Assembly: GCA_024137785.1 (NCBI GenBank)
Contig: JAHRHZ010000016.1
Coordinates: 38,811,305 to 38,875,304, forward strand
Direction: 5' to 3'
Origin: Ginglymostoma cirratum
Lineage: Eukaryota
Length of the DNA stretch: 64,000 nt
Shown piece after piece: positions 47,141-61,309 of the stretch. Under the pieces are notes generated by a model. The model was given only the letters and a program-made list of their open reading frames with translations, did no database searches and was not told the DNA's origin. Position numbers and translations under genes: made by a program. Within the stretch, counting starts at the first letter, position 1; each line of letters starts with the position of its first letter.

Positions 47141-50100
47141 TTATGTAGCTGTGGCACAAATGTCTCTCTTCAGCCTTTCACTTATCCCAGAATCTGAGAC
47201 CCATGGGACTGAATGTCAACAGCAACAGAGTTCATGGTCAGAGGTGTCCAATTCTCATTTTCATTTCCTGCTTCTCTTCCCTATCCCATCTATGCATCAT
47301 TTCTTCATAATGTTATTTCTTTTGCCCTTAAGGACCTCTATTTCTAGAACCTTCAGTTGCGCCTTCCAGGATCCACCTTTGCTAAGGCCTCTAAATGAGA
47401 CTGGCTTTTCTCTTTTGAACCAAGTCCATACCCTTACCACAGTGCTTCATACCAGCTTTTGAATGAAGTTTTGCTTTTGTAGTTTCCCACAGTTACTGCA
47501 TGCTCGTCCTCTGTCTCTCTCTGTCTCTCTGTTGATAATCAGGTTTCAGCTGCTGAATGTTTGACTGTGTCTTATGAATGCGGCAATGCTCTTAAAGTGG
47601 TAAACACATTTGCTTGATTTGTTTTTTCTTCTCGGTCTTTTTGATTTCTGCTCATGCTGGGGTTCAGATCTGCACAAGCACCATTACCAGGTAAGGTGAG
47701 GGTTGCATATGGGGAGAGCCTGCACCTGAAGTGTGCTGGTACCAGTACAGTTCTAGAAAGTTACATAAATAGGGAAGTTGACGGGGTTTAAAAGTAATAG
47801 TAAGGGCAAGGGATCCTATTTGATTTAGCATAATTACTTGGACTTTAGGGAGCTGATGCAGATACATCTGCTACTACTGAAAGCTGGAGTAGTACCCATT
47901 GTCACCCCAGACTGGTTGCAATATCAGTCGAATAGGCGTTACCTTATATAACAATAGTTTGATCAGTGGTGTGAACTTTGTAGGTCATGACCACTGGCTA
48001 GTGGCCTTTTTTATTAAATAGGGATGTATGAGGGAATCTCAAGTGGTTTGCTTCTCTATTTAATTTATGTTGTTTATGGAATCTCCATGGATCTTCTATC
48101 AAAGTTGTAATAGATCATCAGAAGAACACTTGCAGAAATTAATAGCCTGTGCTTGGAGGTAAAACGGTAAAAGTATGTGGCACTGGTGCTGCATCTTAAC
48201 GAAAAAAATCAAAAATATCAGTTAGCGAAGAGGTTCATAAGATGCACAATACAAACTGCTTTCCCAAATTCGGCAATGACTATCTTTCAAAATAAGTAAT
48301 TGAGGCATTTCTCCATAAGTTGCAAATGCGCTGATGTAGATGTACTTCAGCGACAGTAGTGTGACAATGATGCCTCATCCACCACCCCCCTCCACTGCCT
48401 TTCCCAACCTCTACACCCTTGTTGCACGCTGAATATCAGAGATATCTGCTTGTGTTTACATGCATTTTGCGTTCAAATATGAATAAAAAGCTCCATCAGT
48501 ATCCTGACTTGAGGTTACCAGAGCAGCGTTCATGTGCTGGCTAGCAGCAGAATACTTTCACAATGCCATCTGACAGTGCCCAGGTGCTGGTTAGCATTGT
48601 AACATCTAACATCTTGGTATTGGGAGTAGATTCTGGTGTTATTTAGACTGGAACATTCTTTTGGATTGTTTTAGCTCCCAAAAGAGATCAATCTTTATTT
48701 AACTTATCACTGTGTTCATTCCAAGAAAGGAGAAAATGGATGCTTTCTTATTAATGCAGTCCAAATGTAATGCAGTCCTCCTCCAACACCTGTTTGGATT
48801 TCCAACATCCACATTATAATGGATTTCAACTGTATCTTTGTTGTTTTATACATTGAATGCACAGAAACTTATCATTTATTATGTTAAAGTTTATTCTTTT
48901 CAATCTATTAATGTAAGTAAAAGCAGCTGATGTTTCAAAGTCTTAGTTTGTTGAAAGTGCATGTCATTTGGACAGAAGAGGATAGCTAGCGTTATTGCTT
49001 GTGCCATATTCTAGTATCTAGTGGACATCTACGAGTTCTGTCCAGTCCCCACCTTGATATTGGGAGAATACAGCCTGTAAATGTCAGTGTTCAACATAAT
49101 ATTTAAATGCTTAAACATGATTATTAAGTTATTCAAACTGTCATGTAGGCTGTAGACCAGCTGGCTTCTTTCACGGTTCAGCCTTTTTCATTGATGTGCT
49201 GATCCAGGCTAGTACTAAGTCATTTGTAATTGTTTTTTGGGGAATATTATTTTTCCAAACCTTTCTTTTCATACAAGTTTACCATTTTTTCTTGTTCTCC
49301 TCCTCCATATTGTAAAATCTTCTCAAATGTGTTTCCATTCTGATGAAACATGTAAATACTAATGACGATACAGTGATAAAAGTCAGTCATATTGATACAA
49401 ATTCAATGTCAAAAGTTATTTAATTGAATTGTGGCTTACAAAAGATAACAGAAAAATTAACTTGAGCTTATCACTACTTCACGTTCATAAATGAAGCTTA
49501 TAATGAAATAGCATTATTTTATGAAATGTAATGTTTTCAGAATTTTACATCATTTCATTCATCACAAAAGCAGAATAAATCTGTTTGGTCTTTTATTGAA
49601 CAAAACAAATGTATAGAAATGTATAGTGATCATGTTACTTTATGCATGCTAATACTACACCCTACTTTTCCAAGTTACTATTCACAAGTTTAGAAATTGA
49701 AAAATCTTATTGTTGTGGTCATTCTGATATTTCAGCAAGCTTAAATACGAAATTTCTCTTTTGTTGCACAATAGTTCCTCTGTTAATTGAAGAAAATTAA
49801 AAGATTACTCCTCTGATTTAATCTATGATGTGTACTTCCTCTATGTTTATTTGATATTAGATATTCGATACTCCTGGAATAGTAATAGAGATATTAGCTG
49901 CCTAGGCTATGGAAGGGAACATTGTGCTGCCTTCTTTTGCTGCAATCACATCTTGCTTGAATTGATATGTGCAGGGGTGTCATTTGACAACAGGATTGTG
50001 CTTGTGCTTAACTAAATGAAAGTTAATGTCACATCTGCAGATACTTGATGCCCAGGTTTTACACGAGAGAAATAGCCACTTAGGTGAGATGCCCTAGTGC

Positions 50101-50786
50101 TGTCATCACATTGAATCACACCAAAGCAATAGATAACAACCTGTAGAGAAAGGAACCAGGTAAAAATAAGTGTGTTAGTGGATTACGAAATGTGTTTTAT
50201 ATTCAATTGATTAAATACGTTTGCCAAAAAAAAGCATTTTTCTCCAAACAAAGCTTACTGTTGCTTGTTTTCTTTATTTCAAAGGGATTACTTAGCTTCG
50301 TTCTTGAAATCGTAGCTTGCTTAATTAAAGTTAACATATTAGTTATAAATAAAATGTCACAACAGCAAATCTGAAATAAAACAAGCAATTTTAATAAAGC
50401 ACTCAAGGTCTCTCAGCGTGAATAAAGAGCATGAAGATCTGTAAGTCTCCCAGTTTGGTGAAAGGCATGTACTTGAATTATTAATACGGTCTGCTTTGAA
50501 GATGTTGATCTGCCAATCATAAATTTTCAACATTTTTCAATGCTGTATATAAATGTCAGGTTTTGCATCTTTTAATAAGATGCCTCTGTGCAAATTGATC
50601 CTTGACATTCAATACTGAATCAGGCATTGTATGAATTTTGACATTATGTAACTCATCAAATCTGATTATATTGCTTTGTGTCATGAATGTTGGATTCTAT
50701 GTATAAAACATCGAAATGTTATGCTTCAAAACAACCAAGTATATTCGAGGGTATGTCACTTGCATTTTTAAAATAGAGTTCTGCTT

Positions 50787-51126
50787 TAGAATCATAGAAT
50801 CTCTACAGTGTAGTAAGAGGCCATTTGGCTCATCGAGTCTACATGACCCTCTGAAGAGCATCCTACCCAGACCCAGATCTGTGTCCTATCACCATAACTC
50901 TGCACTTTACCATGGTTAATCCAAATAGCCTGCACATCTCTGGAAAATACGGATAATTTAGCATGGCCAGTCTGCCTAACCTGCATATCTTTCAACTGTG
51001 GGAGGTAACTGGAGTACACAGAGGAAGCCGATACAGACACAGGAAAATGTGGAAATTCCACACATCGAACCCAATTCCTTGGTGCTGAGAGGCAGCAGTG
51101 CTAACCACTGAGCCACCTCACCGCCC
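50787..51126 (-). mobile_element. HE1-type V-SINE
   Basis: Reverse complement of the HE1 copies (ggcagcagtgctaaccactgagccacc, aatttagcatggccag, tail atcatagaat). Confidence 0.9.
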
Positions 51127-51231
51127 TCAATATAACTTTACATAACCTTATAAAACTAATTGCCAATTTTGTCAAAACTTGTCAAATAAATCAAAATGAA
51201 ATAAGTAAGTGAAAACATTATATGTAATTCT

Positions 51232-52047
51232 GGGAGAATTTTGATTTCTATTCCAAACGAACCCTCCTGTTTAAGGATAAGGTGATATTCTGTTACCAGC
51301 TTTAAGAGTTTACATGCATTATTTCTTCTCCTTAGAAGTGACAAGAAGGGGAAATAATGCTGTGAGTTGGTATTTGAGAGAAACTGACCTCCTTCTTCTG
51401 ACCTCAGCAATTAAGTGCTGGGCAAAAAAGGAACTTTGAGAGCCTTCTTGACTTCTTAGCACTTCAAGCAGTTAAGTAGCTAATTAGTCGTGACTTAAAG
51501 GTCTCAATCCATCGTCTCCCTGATCATCCACCATCCTGACAGGAGAAAAAATGTGGCTGTTTTCCCAACAAGGAAACCATATGGAAATGTGCCCATGCAC
51601 CTCCACCGCTCCCTGCACCCCCCCCCCACCCCCCACCAACCCCAGCAGCTGGAGGCACAATGGGAGGCCAGCAGGGTTCCCTGTCAAAGCCTGCCACCTG
51701 CTCTTGCTTTCTGTCCCTCTGAATAATTCTGAAGCCTGCAACATGAACGAAAAGGGACTTACCTTCTCACCATTAGATTAATTTGAATTAATTCTCACCA
51801 TTGAAATTAATTGACTGGCAAACTTTAAGGTCAGAAAGTCATCAACCTCCAAATGGCTGGCATTTTCTGGTGTTCTAGGTCGCCCATTCAAAGGCCTGTG
51901 ACAGGACATGATACTCACCTTCACTCACCTGCTAGCTCTTTATGAGCCTCGTGGCAGGTGATTAGATTTGTTATCTCCCATGGGGTGACGTGTTAGTCAC
52001 TAACTCACCCAACTCGCATTGTTTTAAGACGTGGGAAAATTTCACCC
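51232..52047. mobile_element. Possible non-autonomous DNA transposon (Harbinger-like MITE)
   Basis: Imperfect terminal inverted repeats gggagaatttt and aaaatttcaccc, a non-coding interior, and no convincing TSD. Confidence 0.35.
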
Positions 52048-52559
52048 GATGTCAATACTGAAGAAGTCTGCCTTGTTTCCAAAATTCTTTAGTTGCTGAA
52101 GATGAACGGTCAAAAAATCAGCAAATTATACGATAGAAATATGCACTGTCTCGTAATCTAATATTAGGTTAATTTGCCATTTTTTTGCTCTAAATAATTT
52201 TGTAAATACAGATGAATTGCTGTTTTTGTTCCATTCTGTATGTAATATTTCTGCTTATTTAAATGGTTCACTTGGGAAAAACTTTGCTCCGAATTTATAC
52301 TTAACCTGATTTGATGCTTGACGTGTTTCTGCATTTTGTGGAAAGAGAAAGAAAAATGACAGAAATGTGGGATCATAAGGAGCATTTGGTTCATCTGATC
52401 CAAGTTTTCTTATATCACTGAACAAGACAGTGGTACAAAGGAAACAAAACTGTAAACTGCATCAAATAGGAAATTAGTTGCTACACTCGTGTATGATAAA
52501 ACTCACCATTAACTCAATAACCAAGCAAAATTTAGGAATTTAGAAGAGTGAGAGATGAA

Positions 52560-52945
52560 TTGCTTGTAACGTACATGATTCTGATGAAACTTAACGATAG
52601 ATTTGGAGAGGGTGCTTCTTATGGAAGTATCAAGAAATAGCAGTCACTATTTAAAAATGAGATGTCCATTTGAAACACAAATGAGGTGACAATTTTTCCT
52701 CTGAGAATGGAAAGTGTTTGGAACTCTGTTCCTGCAAACGTGCTGGAAGCAGAGCCCTTAAATATTTTTAAGGAGGAAGTGGATAGATCCTTGTTAAATA
52801 AAAAGGTGGATGTCTATTGGGGATGTGTGGGAATGTGGATTTGAGGTTACAATCAGAAAAGCCATAATCGTATTGAATGGCAGAGTTGGTTTGAGGACCT
52901 GAATACCTTCCCCTACTCATTGCTCATATGTTTGTATGTATCTCT
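52560..52945 (+). mobile_element. CR1 3' fragment
   Basis: End of ORF2 (VWNSVP...AEPLNIFKEEVDRSL) and the tail gccataatcgtattgaatggcagag. Confidence 0.8.
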
Positions 52946-53189
52946 GTTATGTTTGTAACTCCAGACCCTTTTAATTTGTGATACAAAGGCAGGACTAATG
53001 TTATCACCAACTATTGTTGTGGCTTTAGAAAATGATGTTACTACTGTGCTTGTAAATGTAATTCTGCAGGGTATTCGAAACACAGTGAATAGGTTTGATA
53101 AATTTGTCACTGAGCTACTTCTCTAAAGTTTTGAACATGCCATCAATCACTTATTTCATTGGCTCATGCAACAAAATGCAATATTTCAT

Positions 53190-55262
53190 CACACACTTCA
53201 TCCTTCAAGGATTATCTTGGGTTCTTCCAGCTTCTCAATCCCTGTCACATCTGTTCTGATGATGCAACCTTCCATATCAGTGCTGTGGATAAGTCTTCCT
53301 TTAGCCTCAATTGCAGATTCACCCACCATAGTTGAGAGGGCCCTCATCAGAATATATTCCATTTCACACAGTTCCGCACTCATCCTTTCTTGTCCCTCCC
53401 AGAACCATGATATGTTTCCCATCTCACGATCCACCTCAGCAGCTCTCATATTCAAATCTTCATTATTTGGAAATTCCTCCACTCTCTGTGAGATATATCC
53501 CAAATGCATCTTCCCCACACTTTTCAACAATCTGATTCTGCAACACCCACTCTTCAATCATCCACAGCACCTCTACCCTTACCAATGCATCTTCCCAGGG
53601 AAATGGCAGAGTTGAAAAGCCTGCTTTTTCAACCCTGTCCTTTTACACTGTCTTGACATCATTCCACCATTATACTGAAAAGCAATGCTCAAGAACTAGC
53701 CATCCTCTAGCTCATTTGTTCCAGTGCAGCCACAGCACTGGCAACTGCCCAGTAATCAGAAAATTACTCCTTTCTGTCCTGTTCACAAAATGCAAGACAA
53801 ATCCAAGACTGCAAATTATCTTCTAACACCTACTATCTCTGTAACAATTTTAACCCCACTGCAAAGCCTCTTCTCAGTCCTACTATCACTGCAAATTATC
53901 AGCCCATCAGTCTACCCTCAACTATCAGCAAAGTGGTAGAAGGTGCCATTAATAGATTTTTTTTTAATGAGACACTGTTCGCAAACCTTCAGTTTGGGTT
54001 ACGCCAGGCCTAGTCAACTCCTAAGTTCATTACAACTTGGTCCAACTGTGTACACAGCAGATGAATTCCAGAAGAGACTGCCCTTTGTCAGTGCAGCATT
54101 TGAAAGTGAAAGAACAAGAGGGAAGGTCTCTGAGTTAGAAGGTATGAGAAATTAAATGTCAAAAAACTCAGTAGCATAAGGTCCAATGAGGAAAACATTC
54201 AAGATGCTTGAAATCTTCCAAAACAAAGCAGCCCATTTGATTCACGCCATATCTAAAGCCTTCAGCCTTCAATCTCTTCACTGCACAGTAACAGCAATGT
54301 GTACCATCAACAACATTCACTGCAGTAACTCACCAAGTCTCCTTTGATAATACCTTTCAAATCCTCAACATTTACCACCTAGAAAGACAAGGAAGGCAGG
54401 TACATTGGGAACACCACTGTCCAGGTTTCTCTCAAAGCCTTACATCATTCTAACTTGGAAGAATATAGGGATTCTTTCACTGTCACTATGTCAAAATCTT
54501 GGGATTTTCTCCTCAGCTGCCCCTGTGGGTGTATCTACACCACATGGACTGCAGTGGTTCAGGAAGACAGCTGGGGATGGGCAATTAATGCTGATCTATC
54601 CAGCAATGCCCATATACTGAGTGGATTTAAAATAGGTCCAAACACTTTGTCCAACTAAAACAGTGGTTTACTTGTACTTTGTTGATTACATTAGTCCCTG
54701 CTTATGATGCAAGGTCTGCTGAAATTGGGAGATCAAAACCGATAGGTTGATCGCTTTTTGGAACACGTCTATCCAGTCGACATGAATAACCCCAAGTTTC
54801 TTACTGCCTGCCATCTTAATTCTTCATCATGCTCCCGCTCTGAACTCTCTGTCTTTGGCCTCCTGCACCTATCAAATGCAGCTGTGTGTAATTTCAGGGA
54901 GCAGCATTTCATCTTTCAATTCAGCATCTTACAACCTTCTGGACTCAGCAGTGATTTCAACAATTTCAGGTTGGAATCTCTGCTCATATTTTGCTTCCTT
55001 TTCCTTTGCTGCAGTTGGTTTGCTATCACGTTTTTCTTTTGCTTTTGGATAGAAGCTTTTCATAATTAAGTCATTCACATCTCTTATAGACACATCTTTT
55101 GTTTCTTTATTTGTTCAATTGCCACTCCTCATTGGAACTGATGTTGTTGAGATTTTTGTCATTTAATTTCTCATGCTTCCTAACTCATCAGAGACCTTCC
55201 CTCTTGTTCTTTCATTTTCTCTAAAACTATCACATTTCATAATTTTTCCCAGAACCTGAAAC
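53190..55262 (+). mobile_element. Old PLE (linker, GIY-YIG and 3' region) split by a LINE family 2 fragment at ~53655-54625
   Basis: SPTIVERALIRIYSISHSSAL..S.PSQNHD (PLE linker). It resumes with FLEHVYPV...ACHLNSSSCSRSELSVFGLLH...EQHFIFQFSILQPSGLSSDFNNFR, homologous to the C-terminus at 2900-3115. Confidence 0.8.
53655..54625 (+). mobile_element. LINE family 2 remnant
   Basis: PVHKMQDKSKTANY (CR1-like PV.K...KS...NYR), and the tail ggggatgggcaattaatgctgatctatccagcaatgcccatat matches 43995-44035. Confidence 0.75.
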
Positions 55263-56109
55263 ATTAGCATTTTTACCATATAAACCCCTGAGCATCTATC
55301 ACATTTGATGTATTTCTTTCAACTTTCCAGAATTCATAACGTTTTACTTTTGTGAAGTGAAACATTTTTCTACCGAAATGTGGTGGAGATTCTGTTGGTT
55401 CTAATATTGTACTAATGTTGTAAATATAGTTGCTCAAAAAACCTAACTCAAAATTAGGAAGAAGGAACAAACTCCAACTCAGACAGTAGCAATTTTGCTT
55501 GTTTTATTCTACGATAGCCAGAAATTTCTGATTGTGTCTGGAAAATTTAGGGAGCAACAGTAATGTTTTGAGTATATCCTGACAAACTGAAATTTTCAAC
55601 AAGTGACGATGAATTGAGTCGAGCTATACGGAGATGAGTTAAATCATTGGGAAGTCTTGGGAAGGTAGATTTTACTGATTAGGTTTTGTTGTTAGAAAAG
55701 AATGTAAGAATCCAAAGCTTTGCACACAACAACTAACTGCTGCAAACTTGCTGATAATTTAAATTTTGAACTTTTATCGCTGGTAAAGGCTCAGTAAATC
55801 CAATATGTACTGTCAACATATACAGACAATATTATTGTCACACGTTCAATTCTCTATCTTTTAATCAATAAATTCACTTATATTTACTTCCTTTTAAAAA
55901 TGGAAGAAAACTTCTGAGACAAAGGTTTTCTAGTTGTAATATTATCAGAGATTTGCTTTGGCTGTAGAGAATTAGTACTCATCCATCAGAACAACTTATA
56001 CATTCAAAACTGAAGTATCTAGTGTCCATCTCAAAATCCTGATAGCTGAGTTTATACTATTCCCATTTTCAAGATCAAGTTACTTGAAATCAGACACAGA
56101 ATAAAATGT

Positions 56110-57308
56110 TGGGAAGTGGCACATAAGGAATAGATGGGTCAAAGGATAATCCCTGGGGTCTCCTGAGGTGATTGAATTTGAGATGGAACGAGAAGCCATT
56201 GAGAGAAATTCTCTTACTGTAATTAGATCAGCAGGAATGAAAACAAACAAGGACATTGTCAACAAATTAGATAACAGAAAGGAAAAAAAAGAGATATTTG
56301 ACAAGATGATCTGATTGACCACTTGGAAAGTGCAGCAGAAGTAAGGAAGGAATGAGGTGTAGTTCTAGTGAGTGTTGCATGTGATATTTTTCTGGATTAT
56401 TTTGATAATACATTCCAGATCACTGTGAAGAAAAGGAAAGTATAAATAAGGCAATGGTTAGTAAATACAGAAGAATCAAGTCTAGATTTGCCATTTAGAC
56501 ACAGATCCTTAGTGACGTTGTCTAGAAACAAATCAGGTTCCATATTTACACTGATGACACTAAGTTCTATATCACCAGTCCTTTGACCCACCTGTCTACC
56601 CACTTGATGTTGCCTATTTGTCACAATACCACTTTAACATTCAGAACTGGATAAAAAAAATTCCTACAACTGAATATCACAAATATCAAAGCCCAGGAAA
56701 AACTCTATTCCCAAGCCACCAACTCAGTCAGTCTCCATGGCAACAGAAGGTGAACCAAACTTTTGCAATCTGTGGTCATTTTAACCTGGAGTTGTCCATT
56801 TATGCTCCCTTACCCAGACCACTTACTTCTAACACCATATCATTGCCCAGCTGAATTCCTGCCTCAGTTCATTAGCTGCTATAGTTTTGTTTGAGGCATT
56901 AGACTGAACTATTCCAATACTCCTCGAAATGCCCCCCATCTTTCATCCAACAAGTAGCTCCAGAATTCTGCTACAGGCCCCATCCCTATATAACTCTAGT
57001 CCCCATTTCATTGTGACCATTGTTCTCATTGAACAATATTGGCTCCTGGAACAGTGACGTTTCAATTTTTAAATTCTGATCCTTGTTTTCAAATCCCTCC
57101 AAGGGATTCCCTCGATAAACCTTGACAGTCATCTACCACTCTTTCCTCCTTTAAAGATACTTTTTAAAAACCACCTCTTTGATGAAGTTTTCCATCATCA
57201 ACTGAACATCTTATTTGATTCTATGTCAGATTTTGATGATAAAACTCATATGCACTCCTTTGGGTAATTTTACTAGATTAAAGACACTGTTGAAATGCAA
57301 GTTGTTTT
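56110..57308 (+). mobile_element. L2-clade LINE 3' part with a probable inverted 5' segment (56110-56400)
   Basis: FHIYTDDTKFY at ~56538-56570 (FH.YADDTQLY), RLNYSNTP (RLDYSN.LL), FNF*ILILVFKSLQG and an L2 tail. The minus strand at 56140-56220 reads SRSISNSITSGDPRDYPL (SGVPQGS.LGP-like). Confidence 0.75.
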
Positions 57309-57469
57309 CAGGTATTTTGTGAAGGGAATTGGACATGACAGATTAGAAAGGAAGGGGGACGATGCTGTTTAGACTGAATATCACTTTGAAATCAAGGCAG
57401 TGTTTGATCAAGTGTAGAGCCAAGGATCTATAGCAAAGATGAAATTAATGGGAAATGAATGAAAAAAAA

Positions 57470-58070
57470 AGCCCATTGTCTTGACCTTTCAAATATGTGC
57501 TTGGAAAGGAGGATGGCCATGGTTGCCAGTAATCACTGCATCCAAAGATTTCTGCAGGAGTTCTTCAAGAAAAGGCTCTAGGTTCAACTGTCCTCAGTTC
57601 TTTCATCAATGAAATTCTGCCTATTATAAAGTCAGGAGTGAGACCATTCACTGATGATTAATTCCATCATATTAAATTCCATTCAAAACTCTCCTCCAAA
57701 TGAAGCAGTACAAGTTAGTCTCTGATAGCATCTACAAGACATTCTGACTCATAATGACAGGAAACACTGATGCCTCATAAATATCTCATACTGTTGAAGA
57801 AATGAGATTAGTGACTAATCCACTACCAACAATTCAAAGCCATTATTGACCAGAAGTTGTCTTATTAAGGCTGTGGCTAAAAGAATAAGGAAGAGTTTAA
57901 ATTCTCTACAATGAGTGACCCGTCTTCTGGCTTCTCAAAGCCTTTCCACCATCTGCACATGTCAAGTCAGAGGTTCTGTCCACGGACCTTAATGGGTGTG
58001 GCTGCAATGTCCGTCAAACATTTTAGCACCTTTAACATCTGTAATCTATATTTCTTGCACTGGCATGCCA
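57470..58070 (+). mobile_element. LINE family 2 RT remnant
   Basis: tctgcaggagttcttcaaga...ttcatcaatga...ttcactgatgat is colinear with 43150-43260. Confidence 0.7.
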
Positions 58071-58149
58071 ATTCTCTACACCATATATGATGTCTCAATT
58101 ATTCTTTTGTTTGCAGTTTTTCTTTTGTTGTAGATATTCTATATCATAA

Positions 58150-60700
58150 CCCTTTTTGTGTGGTTAGCTATTTGATTGGTTTTCTGAATCTGTGGCCCAA
58201 TTCTGTATATATTTCTGAAAGTGACCTATTGTGTGACAGATAAAACATTCACTTTGTACAGTTGGATGCTATCTGTGCCCATGAAGTTTCTCTACCATAC
58301 AGTGCAGGCTGGCTGGTGCCTGTCACAATAACTATGCTGGTTTCTCAAGTATCATTTGTGGTTTTTCTACATTAAGAATTGAATGGAGTCTGCTGATCTC
58401 TTGTACCAAGGCTGTTCTACTCCTCTTAGGATCAATCTACCTTGCTAACAGAACTCTGATTCACTCACCATCTGAACAACTTCCTTTCGAGTCAGACCTG
58501 TTTTAGTCTGTAATAAATCTGACACATACTCATCACCCATTCTGACAAGAATTCTGACTATTATGAATTACCAGTTGAAGTCACTACAATTGGCTTTTCT
58601 CCAATAATCTGTACAGATATTTAACAAAACAATTCATAGATTCTCCAGGGTACTAAACTCTTCTGTTAAATTTCAGTCTTACAAGCATTTTATCAGTGTT
58701 GGGGGTGAATTAACTTAGAAGCTTTTAAAGTACCTGTTCAAAGTGCCTATTACTTGTTTTACTCCTCGTGAGCTGCCATGCCATCAGCTATGCTTCCAAA
58801 TCCAGACTGAAGTGTGTTTAGTTGTTCAGCCTCTCATTTAATGTTGATTCTGTACCTCAGAAATTGGTTTGTCCAAGATGTCTAACTCTGTTCTGTTTGG
58901 CCTACTTCTGAAATCCGTTATTTCTTTCAATATTATTATTCATAAAATGTCTTTCTAATGTGGTTGTATATTTTCCTTGCTTAAAATACTTGTTACATTA
59001 GTGTAAGAGCTTAACTGAAGGGTTTTCCCATCAAAAAGGAGGATTCAAACCTTTTGCAGCAAAAATTAAGATTCCCACATTTGACAGGCAAAATGAAGCA
59101 TTCCAATATTTTTCATGGCTTCACTGTATGCATCCCAGTGTTCACATCTTTAATAAACAATTCTCACTTTAATTACGTTTCTTCTGATGAATTCCATTGA
59201 CGATACAAATGAATGATTTTTTGCCTTTATTGAGGCTCTAATGAATAATCCCTATTTTTGCAGCAGACTGAATATTGTCCCCTTTTTCTGTATGCATGAG
59301 GTTTTTACTCACACAGCCTTCAATGTCTGTTCACTCACTACTAAACTCCCAACTTGGGACACTTCCCACAGAGACCATCTGTGATGCAGCCTGTTTCTGC
59401 TTTGGAGTTACTAATTTTCTTTATCCAGGCATTGCTAACTCTCATGTTGCAGTGTGCCTTTTATCAGGCCTGAAATGCCTTTCCCATTCACTCCTATATT
59501 CATCCTTGTCAACAATTACCATGAGGGATTCTTTGTAAATCTTCAGCTTTTCACCATTGCTGATCATACTGTATGAGTCAGTGACTTAAAGGTGAGTCTG
59601 AAGATCTAACATTTCTGCTCATTAAGCAGTCAAAACAGATCTCCACTAATGCTTACCATGATGTATGGGTATACCAACTCACTATTCTGTATGAGTTGCT
59701 GCTTATGATGAAGACTCCTGCCAACATCCTCTTTAATTTTAAGAAGCTACAGGCCTGCTTTGTCTATGTGGCAGAGGAATGTACTTCCTGGTCTAAGAAG
59801 ATTTTCTTGTGGTTAACAAGATATAGTTGATTGCATTTTACAAAGTAATTACAAATTATAGTGATGTGATAAACTCTGTTACATAGACTTTGAGAAGAAC
59901 AGATGTTAGGACTTATTCTTTTGAGATCCTGAACTTTTCAGCCCACAGCTCCATAGGATGCCATGCATAATGCTTCTGTCATTCCTCAATATTGACCTTC
60001 TCTGATCCATATACAACAAAATCTACCATTACCACAACTAGTGCACTGTAAGTGTACAATACACAAGTAGTGCAGCAACTCTTCAAGCTAATTTCACAAG
60101 TATTGCTTTCCTCTGAAACCTCTGCTCAAAAACAATGCTTTGAGAGCATGAATTTCACAAACCCAATAATTTTCAGACCTTACAGCCACTGGTGTTATCC
60201 TGGAGGTGGCCACCACTTCCATAGTGGGAAAGGTGACCTTCAATCTCTGTACAAAGCCTTCTGTTACATTTCAGCAGAAATCCTCCATACTCCTTGCCAG
60301 TGGCAGAAAGCTGTCTCAGTGCTTCCTCATGTACCAAACATGTTGTTGTGAATCCTCGTCAACATTCTCTTGTAGACCACCTCATTGAAATTCTCGTCTG
60401 ATTCCTCATTAGCTAGTCTGGTCTGGGACTTTGATGTCCAGTGATCTGGCACATATTCTACCTTTTCCCCTGGCATGGTTATAGTTCACTCCTGCCCAAT
60501 GGCTCACTTTTGCTCATTTCAACCCCAGTGTATCCTCCTAATGTGTGCAGTGCCACTGTCTGAACTGCTTGCTCTAAGTACCAGATCAAGCAAATTTCTT
60601 CTCAGCACATCATCGTTGCTTTGTCTTGTCCTTCTTGTGTCATAGTATCTAGCAAGCCACAGTTCTTGGATGTCTGACAGCATGAATTCAGCACTGGAGT
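58150..60700 (-). mobile_element. Highly decayed Ty3/Gypsy pol (RT, RNase H and integrase relics)
   Basis: Minus frames, in Gypsy order: KALYRD*RSPFPTMEVV, VVVMVDFVVYGSEKVNIEE (YxDD region), IDKAGL, VVSEQTLKAV...LLQK (TDHKPL-like), ICTDYW (VDYYS-like) and SDG. All matches are weak. Confidence 0.5.
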
Positions 60701-61309
60701 GTTGAGGCAATGGTCACATGATCAGTAGCTCACACTTCATGCTAGGGAGCAAGATTTTGCAACAACACCAGTTGCAACAGAATCTGTCACCGTCAATGCT
60801 ATGATACACAGCACCTTCTTGTCCAAAGGGCTGAGGAGGTGTTGGGGTGCCCATTAGTTGTTTGCTGTTCCCTTTGATTATATGCCACATTATCTTTGAA
60901 GAGAGTGAGATTATCAAAATTTGTGTTACACTCTAATTGTTGTAGGCATACGTGAATAGCTGGAGATTTGTGGGTGCAATGAGAAGTGGGTGTGAGGCTG
61001 TTACCGTTGGAAAGAATATACAGGTGAGGAGCAATTTGTGAATGTTAGGCCAAACTTGTGACTGCTGGGACTGCTGATAGTTGAGTGATAGGTGTTTGGT
61101 ACATTGAGCAATGTGGAGGTTGTTATGAGATGTTCTTTAAAGATGTACTCGTTGACATCGACCACCTGTCCAAGGCTACCGGAATCTTTCCAGCCTCTGA
61201 AAAATATGGCCAATAGAGAGAAAGTTGAGAAAATCATGAGGGTTGGCTAGTGAGGAGCTTCTTTACATGGAGAGCAAAAAGTCCCATTTTCCAACCAAGT
61301 TTTGAACAG

